Shown: positions 10,350 through 18,917 of the stretch, piece by piece
Layout: every line of letters starts with the position of its first letter
Position numbering within the stretch: the first letter of the stretch is position 1
Sequence record: DRR723986_4815
Strand: one strand, 5' to 3'
DNA length: 64,000 nucleotides
Translations under genes and position numbers: made by a program
Notes under the pieces: generated by a model
Told to the model about the DNA's origin: nothing
The model's input: only the letters and a program-made list of their open reading frames with translations
Database searches by the model: none

Positions 10350-12185
10350 CTACGCCGAGCCGCTAAGGGATTCGAGTTCTTCCCAGCGGGCGTAGTCGGT
10401 GGCTAGTTGCTTCTCCAGCTCTTGCAGCTCAGCTTGCACTTTTGCGATTTCGCCGCCTTCCTTCTTGTAGAAGGACTCTTTGCCCATTTCTTCGTGAATA
10501 ACGGCGATCTTGGCCTCCGTTGCTTCAATCGATTCAGGCAACTGCTCAAGTTCACGCTGTTGTTTGAAGCTTAGTTTCTTAGCCTTGCTTGCCGTCTTCG
10601 GTTCTGGCGGTTGCGCAGAAACCTTCTCTGGTGACGGTTGCTTTGACGTGGGTTTTGTTCGTTGTGAGGCAATTCGTTGCCAGTCGTCGTATCCGCCAAC
10701 ATACTCACGGACTGCGTAGGGGCCATCTGGTTCATCGCGTTCAAAAACGATGGTGCTAGTTACCACGTTGTTCAGGAATTCACGGTCGTGACTTACGACC
10801 AGCATGGTGGCTTTGCTTTCCACGAGCCGCGATTCGAGCAATTCCAGGGTTTCCGCATCCAAGTCGTTGGTTGGTTCGTCAAGCACGATGAGGTTGGCTG
10901 GCTTGGCGAATAGTTTGGCAAGTAGAACTCGATTGCGTTCTCCGCCGCTAAGGTATTTGATCTGGCTGCGCGCACGATCGGGCGTGAACAAGAAATCCTG
11001 AAGGTAACCAAGAACGTGCCGTTTGTTGCCGGCAATCTCGATAGTTTGATACCCGTCGGACACATCTTCTTCGACTGTCTTGGATTCGTCCAGTTGTTCG
11101 CGATTCTGCGAGAAGTATGCGATGTCCAGGTTGGTGCCTAGGCGTGTTGTCCCTTCGGACGGTTGAAGTTCGCCAAGCAATAGTTTGAGCAGTGTACTCT
11201 TCCCGGCGCCGTTGGCTCCGATCACCCCGACTTTGTCGCCGCGCATGATCGTCGTTGAGAAGCCTTCTATGATTGGTGGGCTGCCCGGGTGAGCAAAATG
11301 GATATCACTGGCTTGCAGCACGAGATTTCCACTGCGCTGTTCGTCTTGGATCTGAAGCTGCACGGAGCCAACTTTGTTGCGGCGCTGCTGGCGGACGCGG
11401 CGAAGCTCCTCAAGAGCCCGGACGCGTCCTTCATTGCGCGTTCGGCGGGCCTTGATGCCCTGCCGGATCCAAGCTTCTTCCTCGGCTAATTTTTTGTCAA
11501 AGAGCGCATTTTGCTTCTCTTCGGCTAAGATAGCCTCTTCTTTCCGGCGAAGGAACGTGTCATAGTCGCATGTCCAATCGAAGAGCTTGCCGCCTTCGAT
11601 TTCCAGGATGCGGTTCGCCAGTTTGCGCAAGAAACGCCTATCGTGCGTAATGAACATGAACGCTGTCTTTTGGCGAGCAAGGAAGTCCTCAAGCCAAGTA
11701 ATTGCTTCAACGTCCAGGTGGTTCGTTGGTTCATCTAGTAGTAATAGGTCCGGGTCGTTGACTAGGGCTCGGGCAAGTAGAACTCGCCGCTTCATTCCGG
11801 TGGAGAGCTTCTCGAATTGCAACGCTGGGTCGAGATCCATCCGCGACAGGATTTGGTCGGTGTTGTGAGTCGCTTCCCAGTCGTCAACGCTGGATTGCTC
11901 GCCTGTGCCCTTTGCGGAACGAAGCACCAGCTCGTGGGCGGTGCCTGACAGTCCGCTGGGAACGTCCTGAGGCAGCATGGCAATGCTGCGTCCGGCTTCG
12001 AGGGCAATCGTGCCGCTGTCCTGTGTGATTTCGCCGGTTAACAAACGTAGGAATGTCGATTTGCCTGCGCCGTTGCGTCCGAGTAGACCGATTCTCTGCC
12101 CCGCTTGGATCGTTGTGGAGACTTCCTCGAGCAGAGCTGGGCCCTTGAACCCGATTGTGAGGTCGTCAATTTTCACCAAAGGCAA
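10350..12185 (-). CDS. uup: ABC-F ATPase Uup
   Basis: Two ABC domains (GRNGAGKST/LDEPTNHLD and GANGAGKST/LSGGE/LDEPTNDLD), the WIRQGIKARRTRNEGRVRAL linker and a KLSFKQQRELEQLP coiled-coil CTD. TTG start at 12185 follows AAGGA. Confidence 0.92.
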   Translation of the reverse strand: MPLVKIDDLTIGFKGPALLEEVSTTIQAGQRIGLLGRNGAGKSTFLRLLTGEITQDSGTIALEAGRSIAMLPQDVPSGLSGTAHELVLRSAKGTGEQSSVDDWEATHNTDQILSRMDLDPALQFEKLSTGMKRRVLLARALVNDPDLLLLDEPTNHLDVEAITWLEDFLARQKTAFMFITHDRRFLRKLANRILEIEGGKLFDWTCDYDTFLRRKEEAILAEEKQNALFDKKLAEEEAWIRQGIKARRTRNEGRVRALEELRRVRQQRRNKVGSVQLQIQDEQRSGNLVLQASDIHFAHPGSPPIIEGFSTTIMRGDKVGVIGANGAGKSTLLKLLLGELQPSEGTTRLGTNLDIAYFSQNREQLDESKTVEEDVSDGYQTIEIAGNKRHVLGYLQDFLFTPDRARSQIKYLSGGERNRVLLAKLFAKPANLIVLDEPTNDLDAETLELLESRLVESKATMLVVSHDREFLNNVVTSTIVFERDEPDGPYAVREYVGGYDDWQRIASQRTKPTSKQPSPEKVSAQPPEPKTASKAKKLSFKQQRELEQLPESIEATEAKIAVIHEEMGKESFYKKEGGEIAKVQAELQELEKQLATDYARWEELESLSGSA

Positions 12186-12468
12186 AGCTTTATTCCTTGT
12201 GATTGTGTCTTTTGCGACTTGTTGCTCTTCCGTCTGGTGACCAGTAATCGGTCGCGGCTGAGCGAGAAATGCGAATGTTAATTTCGGGCAGCTAGTGGCG
12301 TCCATTTGCTCGCTGGCACCGCCTAGTGGTGGTCCTGTGTGCGAGTTCATCGCAGTGGGAGACTTCTTCAATTGTTAACAGTTCAGGGACTTCGTCTATA
12401 GCTGCAAGTGACGATCATGTTGACTCTCAACTGTCCTTGAATCCTGAAATTCCTGTTGGAGGCGTACT

Positions 12469-13515
12469 ATGCGCACGAAATCGCGGCCAGCCTTTACGCT
12501 GGTTGAACTGTTGGTGGTTATCGCCATTATCGGCATTCTGGTTGGCCTGCTTTTGCCTGCCGTCCAGGCAGCTCGGGAAGCTGCACGCCGAATGCAGTGT
12601 TCGAACAACCTCAAGCAAATGGGACTCGCGCTGCTCAACTACGAGAGCACTTTCAAGCGGTTCCCGCTGGCGATCATGAGCCACCCGGAACGTAACTGCA
12701 GCAATGGTCCCGACTGCGGTAGTTCTCGCTACGACGATGACGGCTTTGGCTGGCAAGCGGCAATTCTGCCTTACATCGAGCAAGGCAATCTTTACAACCA
12801 ACTGCAGACGATTGTCATGCCCGACGGTCGTCCCCTGCCCTACGGCACATACGGGGCGCTTGAGATTTACGCGGACGTCGCAGGTCGTGGAAATCCAATT
12901 CCAGGTGGTGAAACGGAAATTCCTTCTTATCTGTGTCCAAGCTCCGCTATGCCGACGGTTGTGCCAAACGAGTTTGGTATTCCAGGTGCGACCGCAGGAA
13001 GTATCGTTGGACGAGATCAAGCCGTCGGCTATGGAACCAGTAGCTACAAGACTGCAGGCGGAAGCTGCCTTGGTGATTTTGGCTTGATGCACAAGCACAA
13101 CGAGAGTCGCGAAGGTGGGCGTAGGATCGCCAGCGTGACTGACGGAACCTCGAACACTCTTGCCGTCTGTGAGTCGGTTTATGTTACCGGCAGCACCTCG
13201 GTCCGCTGGGGTGGTGGGGCGACACCGGACAACCCAGGCGTTGTTCAAGACTGGCCAATTTGGATCGGAGCACCTGGCGACGACGAAAGTGTTCGAACCA
13301 ACGGTCGCACCAATCGCCCTATCAATGCTCGCACAACTCCCAACAACATGTTTGATGCAATCGGTGATGACTGTGCATTCAGCTACCACACAGGTGGTGC
13401 TCAGTTCTCGTTTGTCGATGGTTCGGTTCACTTCCTGAGTGAGAATCTCGACATGGAAACGTACTGCAACCTGCACGACATGCGGGACGGCAATGTGCTA
13501 GGCCCTTGGGAGTGA
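12469..13515 (+). CDS. DUF1559 prepilin-type N-terminal cleavage/methylation protein
   Basis: AFTLVELLVVIAIIGILVGLLLPAVQAAREAARRMQCSNNLKQ, TDGTSNT and C-terminal H-X9-DG (YHTGGAQFSFVDGSV). GGAGG RBS. Confidence 0.95.
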   Translation: MRTKSRPAFTLVELLVVIAIIGILVGLLLPAVQAAREAARRMQCSNNLKQMGLALLNYESTFKRFPLAIMSHPERNCSNGPDCGSSRYDDDGFGWQAAILPYIEQGNLYNQLQTIVMPDGRPLPYGTYGALEIYADVAGRGNPIPGGETEIPSYLCPSSAMPTVVPNEFGIPGATAGSIVGRDQAVGYGTSSYKTAGGSCLGDFGLMHKHNESREGGRRIASVTDGTSNTLAVCESVYVTGSTSVRWGGGATPDNPGVVQDWPIWIGAPGDDESVRTNGRTNRPINARTTPNNMFDAIGDDCAFSYHTGGAQFSFVDGSVHFLSENLDMETYCNLHDMRDGNVLGPWE

Positions 13516-13566
13516 TCTCGGGCCGATTGCTTGAACTTTATAAAGTTATCTCAGGTGAGGTTTGAA

Positions 13567-14022
13567 GTGAAAACGAAGCTTTTTGGCTGGGTCGCCCTGG
13601 CAGTATGTCTGGCCGCCGTTTCGGGGTGCGGTGGAATCGAGAAATTCGACACCGCTCCGACAAAAGGTGTTGTTATGTGCAACGGCAAGCCCGTTGCGGG
13701 CGCCATTGTGTTCTTCGAGCCGTTGAAGACAGCCGACAGTGGTTTGGTCGGAAAGTCTGCGGTTGCGGTGACCGATGCCAACGGTGAATTCGTTTTGACC
13801 ACCTACGATGATGGAGACGGGGCAGTTGTCGCTCGTCACCGTGTTCGCGTTGGTGCACCTGAGGTGAGTGGTTGGGAGTGCGATTGCCAGACCAATTCAG
13901 AGTTCGATCTCATGGAAGTTGATATCACGGTTGACGGTGATAACAACTACACAATTGAACTTCCGAAGAAGGATCGTCGCACGCGTTCGCTTGACGATGA
14001 TCCGGATGAAGATGAAGACTAG
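13567..14022 (+). CDS. carboxypeptidase-regulatory-like lipoprotein (usual DUF1559 partner)
   Basis: Lipobox VSG-C, GVVMCNGKPVAGAIVFFEP, TDANGEFVLTTYDDGDGAV and an acidic tail. GTG start after GAGG. Confidence 0.85.
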   Translation: MKTKLFGWVALAVCLAAVSGCGGIEKFDTAPTKGVVMCNGKPVAGAIVFFEPLKTADSGLVGKSAVAVTDANGEFVLTTYDDGDGAVVARHRVRVGAPEVSGWECDCQTNSEFDLMEVDITVDGDNNYTIELPKKDRRTRSLDDDPDEDED

Positions 14023-14128
14023 TCGCAATTTGTTGTGATGGTCTTACTGCTTAGCCCCTGCGGCGCGATTGCTTCGGGGGCAAAGCTCGTGTTCTCGTTG
14101 GCGTCTTTTTGGGCGGAATTTTCGCATC

Positions 14129-15637
14129 ATGGACACCTTCCCTAACGACTCGACGGCGGATGATTCTGGCTTCAGAGGCGTCATTGCCAGTTGTCAGTCG
14201 TATTACAGAGTTGCATTCAAGCCGGTAGACAATTCCAGCATTACGTTCTTTCGCATTGCGTTTGGGCTGATGATGGCGGCCTGGGCTTGGGATTACCTGC
14301 AGTCGGGGCGAGTCACGGAGCTTTACGCCACACCGGAGTTTCACTTCAGTTACTTCGGTTTTGGTTGGGTGACCGCGGATCCTCCTTGGGGGATCTACAT
14401 CCACTTCTTGATGATTGCCGCAGCGGCGTTGGCCGTTGCTGCTGGGTGGATGTACCGCATCTCGGCAACCGTCTTGGCGTTGTTGTTTACCTACTTTTTC
14501 TTGATCGAGCGAACCAACTACCAGAACCACTACTACCTGCTAATGCTGTTCTGCTGGTGGCTGCCGCTTTTGCCGCTACATAGAAACGTTTCTCGCGATG
14601 CAGCGGTTGGCCGGGTCGAGCGCTCGCAGACGACACCTGCTATTGTGCGGTGGATACTGTTGTTCCATGTGGCAGTGCCATATTTCTTCGGGGGCGTCGC
14701 AAAACTGACCACCGACTGGCTCTTGGGTCAGCCGTTGGGAGTGATGCTCTCTCGATTGGGTCAGTTTCCGGTCGTTGGGCAGTGGTTGGTGTGGGAGCCG
14801 ACGGCCATGTTGTTCGGGTACTTTGCCTTGTTCTTCGACCTTGGAATCGTTCCCGCGCTGTTGTGGCGGAAAACGAGGGCAGTTGCTTACTGCTTCGCCC
14901 TACTCTTCCACTTGGGGAATTCGATATTCTTCAGTATCCATGTGTTCCCTTGGTTTATGATTGTCGCTACGACGCTATTTTTCGAGCCTGATTGGGTGCG
15001 ACGAGCAATGGGGGGCAAAGCGGTTGAATCTGCGCAGCAATGGGCGGTCTCGAAAACGGTTTTTGCGAGAACTGCTGCCGCTTGCATAGTCGTTTACTGC
15101 GTGTTCCATTGCGTCTGGCCGCTTCGGCATAACTTGTACGTCGGCGAGACGAGCTGGAATGAGCGTGGCCATGTATTTGCATGGCGGATGATGTTGCGTG
15201 GAAAAGAGGTCGGGATCGGTTACGCTCTACGCGATCCGAGCAACGGGCGAATTGTCAATGTCGACCACAAGCAATTTGTTGCTGCTGAGCAGGCGGAGAA
15301 GTTTCCGCGCGATCCCGAGATGATCTTGCACATGGCACACTTTATCGCGGACAAGTTCGAGGGAGATACCGGTCGGCGTCCGGAAGTGTATGCATTCGCG
15401 CTGGCGAGTCTTAATGGGAGAAAGCCCGAGTTCTTAGTTGACCCGAACCAGGATTTAGCATCAGTACCTAGAGGGATCTACTTCCACCGCGACTGGGTAC
15501 CGCCCGTGACCGAGCCGCTGCGGTGGCCGGCGTGGGATATTCCCGTGCAGCAGTGGCGAGACCACGTCGAAATGCCAGAAATCAAATTCTTAGAAGACAT
15601 GAAGAAACAAGCTCAGGAGCAATCAGTTGAAAGCTAA
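14129..15637 (+). CDS. HTTM-domain / vitamin K-dependent gamma-carboxylase-like membrane protein
   Basis: PVDNSSITFFRIAFG, YQNHYYL, YFFGGVAKLTTDWL, FHLGNSIFFSIHVFPW, FAWRMMLR, SLNGR...VDPNQDL, with several TM helices. Confidence 0.9.
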   Translation: MDTFPNDSTADDSGFRGVIASCQSYYRVAFKPVDNSSITFFRIAFGLMMAAWAWDYLQSGRVTELYATPEFHFSYFGFGWVTADPPWGIYIHFLMIAAAALAVAAGWMYRISATVLALLFTYFFLIERTNYQNHYYLLMLFCWWLPLLPLHRNVSRDAAVGRVERSQTTPAIVRWILLFHVAVPYFFGGVAKLTTDWLLGQPLGVMLSRLGQFPVVGQWLVWEPTAMLFGYFALFFDLGIVPALLWRKTRAVAYCFALLFHLGNSIFFSIHVFPWFMIVATTLFFEPDWVRRAMGGKAVESAQQWAVSKTVFARTAAACIVVYCVFHCVWPLRHNLYVGETSWNERGHVFAWRMMLRGKEVGIGYALRDPSNGRIVNVDHKQFVAAEQAEKFPRDPEMILHMAHFIADKFEGDTGRRPEVYAFALASLNGRKPEFLVDPNQDLASVPRGIYFHRDWVPPVTEPLRWPAWDIPVQQWRDHVEMPEIKFLEDMKKQAQEQSVES

Positions 15638-17009
15638 TCGTCGTTCTTTTGTAGGTGGATTGGTCAGAGGCGTCACTGCGGCTTCGATCGTCGGCGCGTT
15701 TTCAGAGTTCAACGCCCGGGCTGCGGTCAGCAGCAGTAACACTGTTGGCTTTGGGCCCCTGAGTCCAGCAAAATGTCAGGAAACCGGCTTGGAGTTGATC
15801 CAGTTGCCCGAGGGCTTTCGCTACCTGTCGTACGGTTGGACCGGTCAGCCGCTATCGGATGGTTCACCAACGCCGAGCGACCACGATGGTATGGCAGTCA
15901 TCGATGAGCAGGATGGCGTGGTTACGATCTGCCGCAATCATGAGATCGGTAGCCCACAAAAAAACAAGAACGAGCGCCAGAGTATCTACGATCGTTTTGC
16001 TGGTGGCGGGTGCAGCAACCTGAAATTTGACCGAAAGCAAGAGAAGTTTGTTTCCGCCGAGCTTAGTTTGGCGGGTACTGCGAAGAACTGCGCCGGTGGA
16101 GCGACACCCTGGAAGTCATGGCTCAGTTGCGAAGAGACGGTCGATGACCCAACGACGACGCTCGAAGACGATGAAGTCAATACATTCACTCGCCCGCATG
16201 GTTTTGTTTTTGACGTGCCCGCGGCCGGGACAAGCAACCAAGATCCAAAGCCGATCGAATCACTCGGTCGCTTTGTTCATGAAGCTGTTTGCATTGATCC
16301 AGCAAGTGGCACTGTGTACCTGACGGAAGATCGCGGGACGGCTGGTCTGTATCGGATGGTACCCAATACTCCGGGCGATTTGCACGCTGGTGGTAAGTTC
16401 CAGATGCTTGCTTGTGAAAAGACTAGTGATGTGCGAAAGGGTGTGCAGGAAGGTTTTCAAGCCGACGTTCACTGGGTGGACATCGAAGACAGGTTGCGAC
16501 CTCACTCCCCAGGTACACAGGACTGTTTGGGAGTATATTCGCAAGGTAAGGCTCTTGGAGCGTTGACCTTCGCCCGGCTCGAGGGCTGCGCGATGCACGA
16601 CGGCAAAGTCTTCATAACTGCAACTAGCGGAGGCGACGCTTCCTCTGGACAGGTTTGGATGTATGACCCAAAGGCTGAACGATTAAGTTTGGTGTACGAA
16701 TCTCCCGCGTCGGAAGTGCTGGACATGCCCGACAATATGGCGGTCAGTCCACGTGGCGGTATTCTGCTGTGCGAAGACGGTGATTACATTCCGCAGCGAC
16801 TGCAAGTCTTGACCGAGAGTGGGACGCTGTTTCCTTTTGCGGCCAACAATATGCGACTGAACGGCGTGTGGGGACATACTGGAGATTTTCGTGGCAGCGA
16901 GTGGGCTGGTGCGACCTTCACTGCCGATGGTGAGTGGCTGTTTGTCAATCTGCAAACACCCGGTGTGACGTTGGCGATCACCGGACCATGGCAAAATTCC
17001 CTGATTTAG
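15627..17009 (+). CDS. phoX: PhoX-family (DUF839) alkaline phosphatase, Tat-exported
   Basis: NRRSFV Tat motif, LPEGFRY, HDGM, RNHE, NCAGGATPWKSWLSCEE, GRFVHEA, PDN, CED, SEWAGATF. TTG start overlaps the upstream stop, with AGGAG RBS. Confidence 0.9.
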   Translation: MKANRRSFVGGLVRGVTAASIVGAFSEFNARAAVSSSNTVGFGPLSPAKCQETGLELIQLPEGFRYLSYGWTGQPLSDGSPTPSDHDGMAVIDEQDGVVTICRNHEIGSPQKNKNERQSIYDRFAGGGCSNLKFDRKQEKFVSAELSLAGTAKNCAGGATPWKSWLSCEETVDDPTTTLEDDEVNTFTRPHGFVFDVPAAGTSNQDPKPIESLGRFVHEAVCIDPASGTVYLTEDRGTAGLYRMVPNTPGDLHAGGKFQMLACEKTSDVRKGVQEGFQADVHWVDIEDRLRPHSPGTQDCLGVYSQGKALGALTFARLEGCAMHDGKVFITATSGGDASSGQVWMYDPKAERLSLVYESPASEVLDMPDNMAVSPRGGILLCEDGDYIPQRLQVLTESGTLFPFAANNMRLNGVWGHTGDFRGSEWAGATFTADGEWLFVNLQTPGVTLAITGPWQNSLI

Positions 17010-17089
17010 ACTCTGTTGGCGAGTCATTGAAGTAATGTAGCGTTCGCGAAGGTTCGTCGGGCGGTCTGTTTGATAATGAGGGGTGTGGG

Positions 17090-18565
17090 ATGACAGAAGT
17101 GTTTGGGTTCGCGGGGCGACTGCAGCAATTGACTCGTTCGTTGTTCGCCGTCGGCTTCTTCGTGGCGGCTCTGGTAGTAGCAAGTCGTTGTTCCGTAGCG
17201 CACGACGGTGATCATTCGCATGATGTTCCGAAGGTGGGCCACGCGGAGATGTACGCGCCGACCGCGATTCCCGATCGCGTAGTGCTGACCTGGGAAGGTG
17301 ACACGGCAACGTCGCAGTCAGTTACCTGGCGTACAAGCACTCAAGTCAAGAAGTCCTGGGCCGAAATCGCGATTGCTGGTGATGGGCCAGCGTTTCCTCA
17401 AACGGCAAAGCAAGTGCCAGCAGAAACAACGTTCCTGAAAACGGACATCAACGAAGCCCATTTTCATACCGCTCGGTTTGAGAAGCTGACTCCAGGTACC
17501 GTCCACGCGTATCGCGTTGGTGATGGTACCAACTGGAGTGAGTGGTTCCAGTTCAGAACTGCGCCAGCCGAGTTTCAGCCCTTCTCGTTCGTGTACTTCG
17601 GTGACGCTCAGAATAACCTACGTTCGATGTGGTCCAGGGTTATTCGTGAAGCGCATCGAGATGCACCCAAGATGGCTTTCTTGCTGCACGCTGGCGACCT
17701 TGTGAACAAGGCCGAGGCTGACGGCGAGTGGGGCGAGTGGTTCGGGGCGGGTGCATGGCTGAATGCGATGATTCCAAATATCGCTGTTCCAGGCAACCAC
17801 GAGCACGCGAAGAATAAAGATGGTACTCGTCGCCTGACGCACCATTGGAAGCCAACGTTTGCGTTTCCAACCAACGGTCCGGCCGGATTGGAAGAATCCT
17901 GTTACACGTTGACGTATCAGAATCTTCGGATCATTTGCCTGAACAGTACGTCGATGCAGGAAGAACAAGCAAAGTGGATGGAAGGGGTGTTGAAGGACAA
18001 TACGCATCCTTGGGTCGTTTGTTCGTTCCACCATCCGCTGTTTTCCACGGGCAAGGACCGAGACAATCCTGAACTGCGGGCGATGTGGAAACCAATCTTT
18101 GATCGCTACAAGGTCGACTTGGTGCTGCAGGGGCACGATCATACATACGGAAGAACCGGATTTGTTGTTCCCGACGACGGTGTGAGTCAAATGAAGGATG
18201 GTTCTGCTGCTTCGGGCACGGGCAAGGACGACTCTGAGCTGGTTGCGCATCGCAACGTTGCATCGGGAGTGCAGAACTTTGACGAGAAGGCAGGTACCGT
18301 TTACGTGGTGTCGGTCAGCGGGCCCAAAATGTACAACAACAATCGCAAGTGGTTTATGCGAAAGCTGGCCGAGGATACGCAGCTCTATCAGATTATCCGC
18401 GTCCACGAACGCCGGCTGATCTTCGAAGCTCGAACCGCCACAGGTAAGCTTTATGACTCATTCGAGCTTGCCAAGCGTCCCGGTGAAATCAACGAGCTAA
18501 TCGAGACCGGAGCCGCGATGCCCGAGCGGCTTCGCCCGGAAGAGCCCGAATCCGACAAAGAGTAG
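17090..18565 (+). CDS. purple acid phosphatase-like metallophosphoesterase with N-terminal FN3 domain
   Basis: Signal peptide, YRVGDGTNWSEWFQFRTAP, and FGDAQ / GDLV / GNHE / FHHP / GHDH metal motifs. Confidence 0.9.
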   Translation: MTEVFGFAGRLQQLTRSLFAVGFFVAALVVASRCSVAHDGDHSHDVPKVGHAEMYAPTAIPDRVVLTWEGDTATSQSVTWRTSTQVKKSWAEIAIAGDGPAFPQTAKQVPAETTFLKTDINEAHFHTARFEKLTPGTVHAYRVGDGTNWSEWFQFRTAPAEFQPFSFVYFGDAQNNLRSMWSRVIREAHRDAPKMAFLLHAGDLVNKAEADGEWGEWFGAGAWLNAMIPNIAVPGNHEHAKNKDGTRRLTHHWKPTFAFPTNGPAGLEESCYTLTYQNLRIICLNSTSMQEEQAKWMEGVLKDNTHPWVVCSFHHPLFSTGKDRDNPELRAMWKPIFDRYKVDLVLQGHDHTYGRTGFVVPDDGVSQMKDGSAASGTGKDDSELVAHRNVASGVQNFDEKAGTVYVVSVSGPKMYNNNRKWFMRKLAEDTQLYQIIRVHERRLIFEARTATGKLYDSFELAKRPGEINELIETGAAMPERLRPEEPESDKE

Positions 18566-18631
18566 TTTGTCTGGTTGGTGAAAGGTCCTCTGGGACGCGT
18601 GAGAGGGTGGCTGTCTTCTCATTCTGCCCGT

Positions 18632-18654
18632 TGGCCCAGTTTGGGCCATCTTTT
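18632..18654 (+). terminator. probable intrinsic terminator after the phosphatase gene run
   Basis: Perfect TGGCCCA-GTT-TGGGCCA stem followed by TCTTTT, about 67 nt after the stop. Could alternatively be a 7-3-7 operator for amt. Confidence 0.45.
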
Positions 18655-18867
18655 CGGCAGTGGCTCTGGCGCTGTGCAGAAATGCTCAGCCAACAGGAAT
18701 AATGCCCAGCTTTCGCGCTTGCCTGCCCTTTTCTGCACCTCGCATTTCTCCACTGGCGTCCAACTCTGACCAGGAAGCTCATGGGTGGGGGTGGGGGCGA
18801 AGTCAGTTTTGGGGTAAATTTTAGGCCAATTCAGGGGAAGGGGCTGACCCTTCCAGCGTGGTTGCGA

Positions 18868-18883
18868 CGGCCACTGCATTGCG
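18868..18883 (+). promoter_or_regulatory. possible sigma54 -24/-12 promoter of amt
   Basis: CGGCCACTGCATTGCG has GG-N10-GC with TTGC at -12, 35 nt upstream of the GTG start. The -24 match is imperfect. Confidence 0.35.
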
Positions 18884-18917
18884 AAACATCCCATCCGAAG
18901 GCGGAGCGACCCATATC

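Noticed and set aside
12360-12390. Pho box upstream of the DUF1559-phoX run (TTCA..TTAACA..TTCA)
   Set aside because: Half-sites are not at the 11-nt period; too weak to call.
12427-13476. 349-aa minus-strand ORF
   Set aside because: Antisense shadow of the DUF1559 gene, with no motifs.
17618-18406. 262-aa minus-strand ORF (likewise 20450-21124, 23369-23995, 40037-40687, 44057-44698)
   Set aside because: Antisense shadows of well-supported genes.
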